From Rhizodiscina lignyota (taxonomy: Eukaryota): 64,000 bases of DNA. Location: the NCBI GenBank assembly GCA_010015805.1, contig ML978126.1, forward strand, positions 372,001 through 436,000, in the 5' to 3' direction. The notes beneath the pieces were generated by a model. That model was not told the DNA's origin, searched no databases, and saw only the letters and a program-made list of their open reading frames with translations. Below, piece by piece: positions 36,036 to 48,879 of the stretch. A program made the translations under genes and the position numbers. How positions within the stretch are numbered: position 1 is the first letter of the stretch; each line of letters opens with the position of its first letter.

Positions 36036-36698
36036 TCAAGCTTTCTTGCCGTTGATGGCCTTGAGCTCAACATCGCTGCTAAAGGTCAGTATTCGCGGGC
36101 AGAAGGTGGAGAGCTTGGAAAGGGGCGTACAAGATGAGAGTCGAGCCAGGAGGAATGACCCCGGGGAATCCACTGTGTCGCGTCAGTCATCAATGTTTGC
36201 AGATGCGCAAAACCGAGGCGGAGGCTTTGCATACCGGTCGCCATAAGCATAGTCACTGTAATGCCATGTCAGTTTTATTCTTATATACTCGAGACATCAA
36301 AGACAGAGCGTACCTTGTGATCGTCAGAGTGGACTTCTCGCCCAACGTCATTCCATCGTCGCTGGAAGTGCCAATGATGCCATCATCCCAACCTGGAGTT
36401 CGACAATCTCGTCAGTCCTTTGTTCGCTCAATGTGATCTTTGCGTCTCCGCGTACCTTTAATGACCTTTCCCTCGCCAATCTTGGTCACAAAGTCGCCGC
36501 GGCCAACCGAAGAGTCAAACCTGTACAAGAAGATGTAAGCGTGTTCCAAAACAATAGCTCACAGGGTGACAAGGCTTACTGGTTACCCTTCATGCCATTG
36601 TCGTACAGCCAGCCGGTGTACTCCATGGAGACAGTGTCACCCTTCTTTGGCTTGTCCGTGCCATTGCCCGGTGAGATGAGTTTCTTCTCGACACCCAT
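36036..36698 (-). CDS. FPR1: FKBP12-type peptidyl-prolyl isomerase, 6 exons
   Basis: MGVEKKLISPGNGTDKPKKGDTVSMEYTGWL..|FDSSVGRGDFVTKIGEGKVIK|GWDDG..MTLGEKSTLTIT|SDYAYGD|RGFPGVIPPGSTLI|FDVELKAINGKKA* via five GT-AG introns. Confidence 0.93.
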
Positions 36699-39152
36699 GT
36701 TGTTCGTTTGCGGTAGATTCTTGGGAGAACTGAAGTTTTCAGAAGTCTCGCGTGAGTGAAAGAAAGAGGAAGAAAAAGGTGTGGTGCGTTCAGAAATACG
36801 TTTATCCCCGAAGAGCCGGTAAGCAGGGAGGTTCTTCAAGGCCCTGGATCGACTGGAGATCGTGTTAATCGCCAACGGCTTTTCTAGGTTGACAAGGGTG
36901 ACGAGAGTCTGGATCTGCAGGGTCTAAGGAAAACGCGGCTTGCTTGAGTTTAGCACTCTCCAACTAGTGGGGGTGCCGGATAAGGAAAAAACACCAGAGA
37001 GCAGTGATTGGAAGCGTTGAAGGGAAGCGTTGAGATCAAATGGAAGCGGAGCCACGAGAGCAGCGATGACATACGCACTACGAGCAGGCAGGCCGTCGCT
37101 TTAATAAGTGTCCGCCAGTGACGAGCACTTGCTGGATTCAAGGGAGCAATTGCTGCTGCTGCTGCTTTCCGCTCGTGTTGTGAGCTGAGCACGCGCAACT
37201 TGATGCAAGGGCACTGCTGGTAGGATGCCGGCATCAATTGCATCACTTGCGAATGACGAGGCCAGACAGAGGGATTCTTGCCTCTCAACTCAGAGACGCA
37301 GCCAACCATCCATGGATTGCCCTACCAAGGTGGGGGCTCGACAGACATAGCGTTGACTTCCCGTGATTCCGATGAGACCGTCGAGACTAGGAGCAAAGGC
37401 TCTACGCAATGGCTTCCGCTAAGACTGCAGAAGCGACTCGCGGCAAGCTGATACACCACGAGTGAAACGCGACATCGTGCACTGTGTCTGGCAACAATTC
37501 GTCCAGCTTCACCGAGGGCCTCTTCGGCCGGCATCCTTCCCCACGCGTTCTGGAGGAGCAAGATTCTTACACGCTTCTGCTAGGGAGGACGGGCCTGCCT
37601 CCACGTATTTTTGCTTTTAGAGCCGGGTTCCGACGACCATTCAGGCACTATCCTGCCATGTCGGAGAGCGGTGCGGAGCGTGAGGCGCGAGGGGAAACTG
37701 CTTTGACGACGATCATGCAAAGCTCCTTGGTTGTGCCATGCGACTGCCATGCGGCATCCGGGCGTCGAAGGAGCGCATGTTGCGGAACCGTTGATGATTG
37801 ACAGCTTCACGATACAAGGACATCGCTGTTGGCAGTTGATGTGGCGGTGACGCCTCTCGAACTCTCCCAATAGTCGGCCTCCCGCATGTTGAAGCATGTT
37901 GAAAAGCATGCTACACGCGAGGATAACTGCATCTTGGAGCACCAAACGAGGCGGCAGCTTGCGGCACATCGAATACAACAATAGAAAGTGGCAAACGCCA
38001 CAAGTTCGACGACGCTGAATCGGCAAAAGGGCAACTGCTACTGATAAAGGCGTCGGCACCGCCACTAAAGCTGTGGAGCAGGGGCTGTCACATATTTACC
38101 TGCCGCTCTCAGCAGCATGCAGCTTCGTATGCTAAGCGAAACCACCAACAAATCTCCGCAAGAGGACAGAAGCGATAGGTACTCACCGGAGCGTCCCCCG
38201 CCTCAGTGGACAGGTACAACGACGTTGAAGCGAATCTTCAAGAAGCCGTTATGTTTGTTCCGGGTCAATGCACCTCAACAACTTCAGAGGACACACGACG
38301 GCTGTCACCTAGATAAGCCGAGTAACGTCTCATCACAACGGCCGGACAAGAATATTGTGATGTCTTCCCCGCCACGCTGCATGGGAATTGTTGCCTGGGC
38401 GTCTGCGATGGAGAACCTCCGCCATCGATCGTTTGGATCTCGCAGAGGAGATGCAAGAGTCGTCCGATCATAGTGGTCCCGCATTCAACTTGCATATGCA
38501 ACTGCGGCACGCTTATTCGAGAGTTCGCATCTGCGATGATAGAACTGCGGTTCTGCATTGAAGCTGTAGAGAAATACGTCCGAACGACTCCGAACTGCGA
38601 GAGATGAAAAATATGGCTGGTCCCTATTTTAAAGCCATATCGTAGCGTGCGGAGACAAAACCATTTTGCTCCACTCAAGAGCATGAGTGTGGTTACACAA
38701 CATTTGCGTTATTGACGTGCCCTCCGCCATCAAATCCCATTGGAAAGGCACACATAAATTGCCCTTGCTCGATGGGACGACCCGTGCGGGTCATGCAAGC
38801 CATATATACATCTCAACGGCTCAACCGTCAGAGCGGTCGACTTCAGCAAATAACTATCCGGCCTCCCGTTCTTGACCGTTCACTGGAGCCATCAGATTCG
38901 ATCCCAAACCGGCTCTCCACGTCCGCAATCGCACTTACAACCTTACAACCACATATATAACCCCGGTCTCTGCAAGTCAGCGACTCGCGTCGTTGTCTTC
39001 TGCGTAGGGCCATGCCCTCATACATACTGCCGGCAAGCGCGCGATACCCTGGATGACCATAACGTTGGTCCTAATGTGCATCGGCCCGCTCGATAGACAC
39101 GTTGGATTTATTTCCAAACTGGACCCCTGCTGGTTTATCGAAGAGGTTGGAA

Positions 39153-40188
39153 TCATGCCTCCGCAGGGGCTGTGGAAAAGAACGGGTGCGATTCGAGCTG
39201 AGACAGGCTTATTGCGGCGGTGGGCAAAGCTCCGAACCCATCTCTTGGCTCTTCCCCTTGCCGTTCAAGGAAGCATATCTGCTGGATCCCAGCTTTCCGA
39301 ATTGCATCGAGAACCCGATCATAGTTCAGGCCGACCTGCTCGACACCGTGGCTGTCGTCAGAGAGCGTAAATTGGCCATTCATGGCAAGAAATTCCTGGA
39401 AACGACGATCAGCACAATTTCAATCCTTGTCTAGTCGCACGCACCTGGCAAATCTCGACTTGAGGGTAAGGCTCGCTCATCCCTTTCCGCAGCGCTGAGG
39501 AATTCAACTCGACGATCCCTCCATAACTGGCTATGAACTTCAGATTACGGATAATTTTCTCCCATACGTCTTCCCATTGCTTGAAGCTCCCGTTTGGATC
39601 GGCGCTAAAAAGCCGAATGAGGTCGAAGTGCCCAACCACTTGTGGCTTCAGCTTTTGCAGCATGGCGTACTGGGCATCAAAGTACTCCCCAAAGAGTTCC
39701 TCGTCAGATCCACCTACCAATTTCTTGACTTCGTCATAGGTAGCTTTGTCGTAATCGATGGGGATCGTATAGACGTGATGCACAGAGCCCACGAAGTAGT
39801 CAAAGTTGTGCCTTGCTTGCAGCTCCTTGATCAAAGTCAGAGTCGAAGGGCGGATCCACTCGCCCTCGAAACCGATCAGGATCTGGATCTGGTCCGCATA
39901 TTTCTGCCTCATTTGCACCGCATGCTCATAGAAGCCGTCGATTAGCTCATGTAGCCGTTCGACGGTTGTGTGTGCCTCCCTCTGCATGCGTGAGCGAAAA
40001 TATCAAGTTGTTGAGCGGAGAGTGGCTACCTCTCCTGGATAGAAGTCTTGCTCTTCGCGGGGTATATGTTCGGTTAATGCAAAGACTTGCATCTTACGGG
40101 CAATGGCTGTTTGTATCATTTCCTCAAGCGTGTTCCTGGCATGACTAGGGCAAAATTGACCGGAATGGCTATGATGTGAGAAAGGCAT
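39153..40188 (-). CDS. HIS2: Histidinol-phosphatase (PHP family), 3 exons
   Basis: MPFSHHSHSGQFC, ALTEH, GFEGEW, VGSVHHV, VGHFDLIRL, ELNSSALRKG..PYP and FTLSDDSHG. Confidence 0.92.
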
Positions 40189-40645
40189 GGTGACGTGTTC
40201 AAGTTGTTCGATCTAGAAGCTCTAAACTGCCGGAATTGGATAGAGGAAGCCAGAAGGTGCAGAGCAGATCCTGTGAATCTTTGAATGCTGCTGATTGTAA
40301 TCCGTGGTTCGGAGTACCCAAACCTTCAACAGTTTGATACTTGCCAAGCCCACGTGCGGCAGATCTCCACCACGCCAGCCCAGTGGTAACCCTAACCCTA
40401 TTATTTTACGTGCCACTTCTGCATCTGTTCCTCAAGTCCATTCGAATAGAGAGATGTACTTCATCATAGGTGTCCCTATTTTGAACATGTATCATTGTGG
40501 TTAAGATAAAGATGTTGATTGAAGGAGTTCGAAACGACTCGTTACAGCTTTTTGATAGTGCCGGATGGGTATATCGTACTAAGATAATTTACAATAGAGC
40601 CATCTAGCAAGAGGCTCAGGATCAGGGCTGCTGCACGTAAAGTCA

Positions 40646-42237
40646 TCAATCCGTTGTTTTTGGGATCTCTTCGGCATCGCCTGCCTTCACCTCTTCTTCG
40701 GATGCCGCAGGATCCTCTAGCGGCTTGCTTTCTTCCTCCTTGGTTTCCTCCTTGGTTTCCTCCTTGGTTTCCTCCTTGGTTTCCTCCTCGAGCTTCTTAG
40801 TGACAGGCTCTGTTTGATCTTCACTTTCAGATGCCACGGGTTCTGGAGTCTCACTAGTACTTGGGGATGGCTCCGTGTGCTGCTTTGGCGCTATTGGCGT
40901 ATCTCCTTCGATGTCCCCTTCTTCTACTGTTGTTTCTCCTGGGCTAGTTATGGAAAGGCCAGGTTTCTGTTGTGGCTCGTCTGGCTCCTCCTTTGCTGCC
41001 TCTTGAGCTGGAGCTTCGGTGGCCTCGGATTGTTCAACTGGGTTTGTACCATGCTCGGCAGGGTCTTCCTTGCCCAATGTTTCGACTCTTGTTAAGTCCA
41101 AGTTCGGATCCTCCTCTTCCTCATTCTCTTCGATCACCGTGTCAACTGATGTGGCGCCGGATGACGGGCTGTGTCTATGCCTCTTGGTCGTATTGCCCGT
41201 CGCTACGCTTGTGTTCAAGCTAGGCAGTGTGGCAGGAGGCTCACCATTGTCTCTTTCTTTCTCCGTGTGACCTACGTCTTTCTTCAACGTTGTGCCGGAC
41301 CTCTTTAGCAGCTCTGGACCTTGCGCTCCACTCTCCTCGATCCTCTCTGTTTCTAGACCCTCCGCTTCCGGAGGGATTGTGTAGTTGTCCTCTGGGATCA
41401 ATTGATAGACATCGCAGACGGTCTTGAACAGCACATAAAGGCCACTCTCCCTCTCAACTTTCCAAAACATTTCCCGATGCTGGAACCACGCGTGCGCAAA
41501 GATCCTGTACACCCTCCTGAACACATTCGTGAGCTGACGCACCTGCTGATGGGCCTGTCCTGTCTCCGTGCCCATCGCAAGTCTGCTGGGGAAATTTTTT
41601 GGGCTTGTCAGCGTCGTGGCTGCCCAGTCGAGAGTGTGGCAGCAGTAGTCGATCGCGCAGCACGATTTTGGTGGGTCATGCACAGCACAGAGGTACTGCC
41701 ACTCGGAGGCGCGCATCTCAGGACATGTTGTTGCGGAGCAAGGAGGAAGGTCGGCGAAGAGGGCAATGAGGATCGAGTTGGCTTTCTGGCAGAGGAAGCG
41801 GCAGAGCTCATAGAGCCAGAGAGCACGGTCGACGCCATCTGGAGGTTGGGCGAGGCGTAAGGCTGTGGGGCGGTCGATGGGTCTCGTTGTGTGCGAGTCT
41901 GAGGGATGGATGGCCGCATTGTGAAGGGCTTTGAGATGCTCGGTTAACTGAAATGCCGAGTCTATCTATGGAAAGTCAGTATTGTTGATCGACTGCAATT
42001 CGAGTGGCTGCATAGTACTTCTGTTAGTTCAACAAGTGGAGGTCCCTCCGCCATGTCTGCAGCCTTGGTGCCCGGCCGTATTCTACGGGAAGCTCCATGA
42101 TCTACTTTGCTGGCGTTCTCGAGCTTCCCCTGGTCTTCTGGAAGTGCGCTGGGTGACCTGGGATGTATGAAGTCTTCCGAGAGTGGTGGAGGGCTGGGCA
42201 GTCGAGGAGACGTGGAGGGCGACATTGCGGAGGTCAT
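40646..42237 (-). CDS. MOB3: MOB family phocein/Mob3 (STRIPAK subunit), 2 exons
   Basis: Intron 41966-42018 joins to IDSAFQLTEHLKAL..LWLYELCRFL..CPEMRASEWQYLCAVHDPPKSCCAIDYCCHTLDWAA..FRRVYRIFAHAWFQH; acidic C-terminal tail. Confidence 0.9.
40733..40788. repeat. 12-bp coding tandem repeat (TTCCTCCTTGGT, about 4.7 copies) encoding EETK repeats in the Mob3 tail
   Basis: Read directly from the sequence. Confidence 0.9.
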
Positions 42238-42527
42238 ATTGCTCCAGAGCTTTTGCTAGTGTTTTGATTTCGACTTGAATAGTGACCACAGCTTCACAGG
42301 ATAACTAAAAGCGTCTTGCCGAGCTCATGGCGAGACCGGGCGCGTAAATCGCATTTCCAGAACACGCTGCGAAGTCGCGTCAAAAAGCCTTGGCATAAAA
42401 AAGTCGCCGCCAGGCAACGAGGCGATTGGGTGGCAAAGCCCCCAAGCATGGGTTAGTGCGTACCTAATGTTTGGGTGCTGCCCCAGATGCAAATCTCCAC
42501 CAACCTCAGCAACATTCTATACAGGAA

Positions 42528-44131
42528 ATGGCAGATGCTATGGACGTCGAAGATGATGAAGCACCTATCCTTGTCGACGATGATGGTCAACCAAGAGCTG
42601 CTGATGCTCTGGCAACTCAAGTAAACGACCTGAATATTGTAAAAGTGCCAATAACGATCGTTACTGGTGAGCAGATGAACAATTTCCCCACGAGTTTGAG
42701 CTCGAATTAACCGTTTTCTGAATCTGTCTTCTTTTGACTCTGACTCTCTATGCCCCATTCAGGCTATCTGGGAGCTGGCAAGACTACATTAATGAATTAC
42801 ATTTTGAACGAACGCCATGGGAAGAAAATAGCGGTCATCCTTAACGGTAGCTACCACGTAACCTCAGTCACTCTAAAAGACCTGGCTGATCATATGTATT
42901 TAGAATTTGGAGATTGTCAGTTGCTCGAAGCCACAGTGAAATATTGTACTCATAAGCCGGACAGCTGCGGACATCGAACGGAGTCTCACAGTCAATCAAG
43001 ACGGCCAGCAGGCAGAAGAATGGCTTGATCTGGCAAATGGCTGCATCTGTTGTTCCGTCAAGTAAGTCCCCTCAGCGCCTTTGTATCTTGATATACTAAT
43101 ACATGCGAAGGGACTCTGGCGTCAATGCCATTGAGTCCCTCATGGAGCGACGTGGCGCATTCGATTATATTCTCCTGGAGACCACCGGTCTCGCCGATCC
43201 GGGCAACATTGCACCTCTCTTCTGGGTAGACGAAGGGCTGGGAAGCACCATTTATCTAGATGGGATCGTTACGTTGGTCGACGCAAAGAACATCCTCAAG
43301 AGCCTGGACGAGGCGCCCGCTCCAGAGGAACACGCAGCACCCGCAATTAGCAAGCTCGGTGCAAGTATGAACCTCGATCCGAGTTCGAACTTGGAGCCGT
43401 CAATGTTCCCAAAGGCGTATCGCGAATTGAAACTGCAAGCAGACGCGGAGAATCACGAGCACAACGGGCCCCATCTTACAACAGCACATCTGCAGATTTC
43501 GCACGCGGACGTGATCGTCATCAATAAGAGCGATTTGGTCACGGATCAAGAATTGGCTAATGTACAGCAGCGAGCACGATCGATCAATGGTTTGGCGAAG
43601 ATACATGTCACGTCTCACAGCAAGGTGCCTCAATTAGAAGGTGTGCTACTTGACTTGCATGCTTATGATGATGTGGATGAGGCACAATTGGATTTTGCGG
43701 CCAAGGGCCATAGTCATCTTGATTCAGTAAGTACATGCCTTGCTTTCCAATGAACCCAAAACTGAAGCAACACGCAGTCGATATCAACAACTGCTTTCCC
43801 ACTTCCTCCTCTCACGAATTCACAGCTCCAGGCACTCGATGTCTGGCTAAGATCTGTATTGTGGGATTCCGTCTTGCCCGGAATGGCCAATGCTCAAAAT
43901 AAAGAAACGAGGTTCGAGATCCACCGTAGCAAGGGCAGAATACAACTGGTGAATGCCGGGTTGAAATTATTACAAGGCGTTCGAGAGGTATTCGAATTGC
44001 TTGATGCGACTGAGGTATCGGGGAACGCGCAGGGAAGTGCTGGTATAGGCGGCAAACTCGTGCTGATCGGAAGGGGAATCGTCGAAAGCGCATTCCGTGA
44101 TAGCTTGCGCGAAACTTTGCAGATTGATTAA
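42528..44131 (+). CDS. ZNG1: CobW/COG0523 zinc-chaperone GTPase, multi-exon
   Basis: [17 protein letters not shown]-loop, IAVILN|EFGD (12-nt micro-exon 42904-42915), [29 protein letters not shown] and Cob[24 protein letters not shown]. Confidence 0.9.
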
Positions 44132-44322
44132 AGAAAAACGCTTCAGAGAAGTCGACCATAGCGTAAGCGATTCGTTTCAGATCTGTGCGCCGACGGGTCG
44201 CCTTGCAGATGGTTGACAGAAAACAGCTTCTGAGTAGTGGGCCACAGTTTAGACAATTCGTTCCAGACTTGGTGTCGACAGTTTGCGACAACCATGGCTG
44301 TAACTCAATCCACTCCATTGAG

Positions 44323-45174
44323 TTAGACCACCATTGATTCGTCATTTGTGTCCAGCTTCAACTCTCGGCAATTGCTTTGGCAAGGTAGTTTGAGTACGTA
44401 GTCGAAGAGACCGGCAGGTACGATGATGGAGTCTCCTGGGGAATCGTGATCTTGAGCATTCTGCGTTATGGTGTGTTGAATGACTTGTTCAACCTTCGGG
44501 CGCAGAATAGTCCAGTGACTCTTCCAAGTGTCTTGGAACACTCTCAGAGAGAACGATTGGAAGCCTCGAATTTTTAAAATATCATTCCAAGGTGTCTGTC
44601 GAAGAAACTCTGCGCAAGTCATCGAAGGGCGCGTTATCTTTCCGACAGTGCTTTTGAGACACACCGGACAATTTTCATCCACAACGCAGATGAGATGTCG
44701 AAGAGACGGGTATTTGCCTTGGCCTTGTTCCTGCACGAACCCGCTGATCACGTCCTGACCGTTCTTAGGCCACATGCTGATGTCAATGGATCTGCAGGAT
44801 TCGTGGAGTAAGGGTACTCTGATGTTAAGAGAGCTCATGAGAAACAAGTACTTTTTGTCAATGTGGTCAATTCCACCCATGTTTCCACCAATGTTGACGA
44901 CTTTATTCGACCAGAGATATGTGATGGTCTCTTTTCGAAGCATATGACACGTCGAAGCCAGTTTCTGAGCCGCGTGACGGTCGAAACTCATGTCTTGGGA
45001 ATCGCTGAGCACCACTCGGAGTGGAACTGGCCTGGTCGAAGCATTTGTCCATGCTCTGATGCAAATCTCGAAGGAGTCGAAGAGCATGTCATAGATGAGG
45101 TTGCGGATTTCACCAGGGAGCGTTTGCAACGTTGGAGGAGGCCCTTGCTTTTCCTCGAGAACACCATCGGACAT
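44323..45174 (-). CDS. Protein with N-terminal F-box-like motif, unknown function
   Basis: TLQTLPGEIRNLIYDMLF, later TCHMLRKE and CPVC; ATG at 45174. Confidence 0.7.
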   Translation of the reverse strand: MSDGVLEEKQGPPPTLQTLPGEIRNLIYDMLFDSFEICIRAWTNASTRPVPLRVVLSDSQDMSFDRHAAQKLASTCHMLRKETITYLWSNKVVNIGGNMGGIDHIDKKYLFLMSSLNIRVPLLHESCRSIDISMWPKNGQDVISGFVQEQGQGKYPSLRHLICVVDENCPVCLKSTVGKITRPSMTCAEFLRQTPWNDILKIRGFQSFSLRVFQDTWKSHWTILRPKVEQVIQHTITQNAQDHDSPGDSIIVPAGLFDYVLKLPCQSNCRELKLDTNDESMVV

Positions 45175-48100
45175 TGTGACGCGTCGAAGATGCGTTCGTA
45201 GTACAGAGATGGAGCAGGCGTTGAATGGAGTAAGTTGTCGCTTTGTGGCTTGCTGCTGCGGAGGGTGACTTGGAGAGACTGTAATCTCTGTCTCAAGTTT
45301 TAGATGTTTTGAGACTGCAGCGCGAGTGGAGAAAGTGTGACAAGGTGGCGGCTCAACGGTGAAGGTGCCACAAGGTAGGCTTTCCACGAAGTGCCTCAAT
45401 TTTGGCACATGAGTAATTTTGCCCAAGTTTCAAACCCTCTCAGCAATGACTTCCTGAATTCTTTTCTCTAATCCATCTTTATATTATCCTGGCCCGAGCA
45501 CTGGTTAGCCAACGAATGCCGCGAATTTTATTCCTTATATCAATCTTTAATCATTTCGTGCCTCATATCTGCAGCATATCTGCAGCATATCTGACAGCTT
45601 GAGAGCGTCAGCTGCAATAACTTCGTCTAACCATTGCATTCGCGTATCTGCTTCGTTTGGCAAGTTCCGCTTCAGCGTCCAGTTAGATTCAGCAACGCAA
45701 GATCAGCATTGCCCAAGGAGTGTATAAAATATGGCTCGAAGAAAAGGATAAATGTCTGCATACTGTCTTGCCACAAATGGTCAGGTGGACTGATGGTGTC
45801 TCCTGGAGTTTAAGGCGCCAATTCTGGAATTATATTGAGCGCTGTCCGAAGCCATGTGCAGTGATCAGACGAACCGCAGCAAGTGAACAGGGAGCTCATT
45901 TAATACTTGAGATCTTTCCAAGGTCGAAGTCCACTTCGCAGTTGACTAGTAATGGGGCGTCCAAATATATTGATTTACTTCGTACCGAAATCGACGACAC
46001 GTTGCAATTTGCATTTGAAGGAGATAGCAATCAAGAGGACGGCCAGTTTGACAAGAAAAGGAATTGATGGTTCAAGAGAAGAGTCGCTTGACCTGAGGTA
46101 TATCTCGTAGACCTCGAAAAGAGAGTCACATCCTACTCCGGATCTTGCTTGGGAGGTCGAGGAAAGAGATGATCATCCCACGAGAGCCAGTTGGGATGAG
46201 GGCAGGCGTCTCTAATGAAGGAAATCAACCGAAATTGGTTATCGTCGTGGGTTTAACAGCGGGGAAATTACCGTCCTGGTAGGTATCAGACGAGGTGTCG
46301 TCTCAACTTGTGCGACGGAAAGTGCTCGCTTCCGATCAATGCCCTCTTCGCACTAGCCCCTTTTACATACATACGATATGTGCGTAACCGCGCGGGTGTC
46401 CCATCACAACTACTTAATTAATATGTGATGAAATGAGCTTGTACACTCTCACTAATCACTATTTCCTTTCGTCCTTTCTTACAAAACGGCTCTAATTGTG
46501 GGGAAGATCTAGGTATACTCCCGTGTCTGCGCTCCCCTTCCAGCCACATGGGACAGTCCGGTCAGTGGAGGACTCGCCAGGGTGGAATCCCATTGAAGGG
46601 GGCAGAGCTTTACTAAACAAAATTCACGAGGGGTATGGCAGCTAAAGGGGGGCCGTCTCATTGGTATGAACGCTTGTTTAATTGGATTAAGCCATCAGGA
46701 CCAAGAGACACAAGTCTCATTCGAGAAAACATATTTGTACCGAACGAAAGTCTGAGGTTTTAAGGATTGAAAATTTGCCGGACGATGGATCATCTCCAAC
46801 TCTAAGGACCTGAGATGCGCACGAGAGAGAATTGTATGCTTAAGAAGAGATTACAACTGGTTTGACTCAGCGAAAGCTGCTGTAGACATTACATACTCTA
46901 GCGCCATCGCAACCCCAACAGAGGCGCATCGATCACTGGACATACTCCCCCCGTGCCTGTTATTGTTATACCTACCCTTGCCTCAATGGACTTTTCAGTG
47001 CTCCCTGCAGCATGTAGGCTACATAGCTTGATTAAATCCATTCTGTTCCACCCTCCGCCCAGGCTCCCTTGTCCCTTCAACGCGCTCTCATCGATTCCCA
47101 AAATTCTCTGTGGGACGGAATCAAATCAACTTTGCTGAGGTATGCGAGCGGTTCTTGAAGGGCGTATCGCAGAACATGAGTCTAGTTACGTTCGAAATCG
47201 ACTACAATCTTTGTCGTTCTCTTGGAGCGCGCTCCGAAAGGAACTAGTTTCCGGGACTGATTCTTGAAGTTGAGGAGCAAGTTAGAAGGTGCGGACCCCT
47301 AACCTAGGTACTAGCATAATCCGCCCGGTGGAGAACGTCTCGCACTCATGGACACAAGATTGCTCACTGTCTCTGAATTCTGGTAGTATGATGCTGGGGT
47401 AGTGAACTGTTTCGGTGGAGATTGTGCGGGAGAAGATCTGGCTGCGGTGGGCGATAAGATACATCGGCCTTCAACAATACCGATCTGAGCTCGGAGCGCA
47501 TCACCAACTCATATCCTTTCCTCTACCCAACTGCAAAGTGCGATTGCGGCTAGGCATTGTCACTGGAAGAAGCCTTTTGCATGGCACTTCATACTGCTGA
47601 AGACCCTGGGAGAGTAAGTTTAGCCTCAATGTACGATATAGGACGACCCCCGCACGGTGCATTCCTCTACGACAAACTTTTCGATCGAGCACACACCCAA
47701 AGAGACAGCTGACATTGTTCCCAAGGCCCAGCAATTGATGCAGTTTAATGTCAATCTCCTTCCCGCTTTGAAGGAGACATCTTGTCGACGATGATATCTT
47801 CATCTCAGCAGTCGTAATCTCACAGCGCGTCGATGCTGCTTTGAACCGCCAGCACCGCAACGGACCACAATCCGTGCGCCCACTCTCTCCACACATCTCC
47901 ACCACTCCGATCAAACTTGCGTCGGGATATGACGGGAAGCATAATCTCCAAGGGCTCTGATGGCTCTTTTGGTCACTATGGACATAGTTCGGGATTCCCT
48001 TGTTGTGATTGCGACCCATGGCATGGGGAGAAAGGCGTTTGGACAAGCTTGGACGCCCTCAAATGGCCTCCACAATGCCTATGCACAAAGAGAGTGGGGG

Positions 48101-48526
48101 ACAAATGATATACTGTATGTTGGCACGACGAAACATGATATACCGGCAACTCCTACTGGAAGGAAGGATGCCGGTGTTTCTTGATGCTGCCTTGATTCGT
48201 CCCTGTGACTTCCACTACGAGAGGAAATCTTGACATCCGTTGCAGACCAGAAGCTGGAACTTCTGGGCCCCGATATGGTCTCTCTGACGCTCATATCACT
48301 GCATCTCCGACAGGATACAGTGAACAGTTTGCTTCATAGAGCATGGGCAGACCCGTACAATATTCGTGCGAGCTGCTTGCAATCCCTCAATGCTCTTGGG
48401 CGAGAGATTTGGGTTGGGCTTTAGCCCAGCTTGTTCGAGCCAAAGTGCGACAAAGCAGACATAAAGAGAATAGATCACAAAGAAAGAGCTGTGCAACGCC
48501 AGGACTTGAATGCTGGAAAGAAAAAG

Positions 48527-48879
48527 CAGGGTGTCCAATAATCCTCTGGGATTATGGATTATCATAATCTTAATAATTAAGATTATCATAATCTGATTAT
48601 AATCTGATTATAATCCTAGTACCTAAGCCTAGGGGGGTAGCATCTAAACCTAGAGGGGCTTAGGTCCCGAAAGCTAGGTGCTCTAGGGGTGTGCACAGAT
48701 CATTATTTTTAAAATTTAGAGTATAGTAATTAAAAGTTATAGCTACCTAGCTTTAGGTACCTAACCCTTCTAGGGCTAGGTACATCCAGATTATAAGAGG
48801 ATTATATAATCTCATAATCAGGATTATCATAATCTAACCTAATCCATAATCGTTCATAATCTGATTATTGGACACCCTG
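48527..48879. mobile_element. Non-autonomous hAT-type DNA transposon (MITE), 353 bp
   Basis: 17-bp perfect TIR CAGGGTGTCCAATAATC; 8-bp TSD AGAAAAAG at 48519-48526 and 48880-48887; subterminal GATTATCATAATC repeats; AT- and TpA-rich interior. Confidence 0.93.

Noticed and set aside
43365..43442. Possible in-frame 78-nt intron (GTATGA..CAG) in a ZNG1 insertion
   Set aside because: No clear branch point; the region is a variable loop in CobW proteins; undecidable without RNA data.
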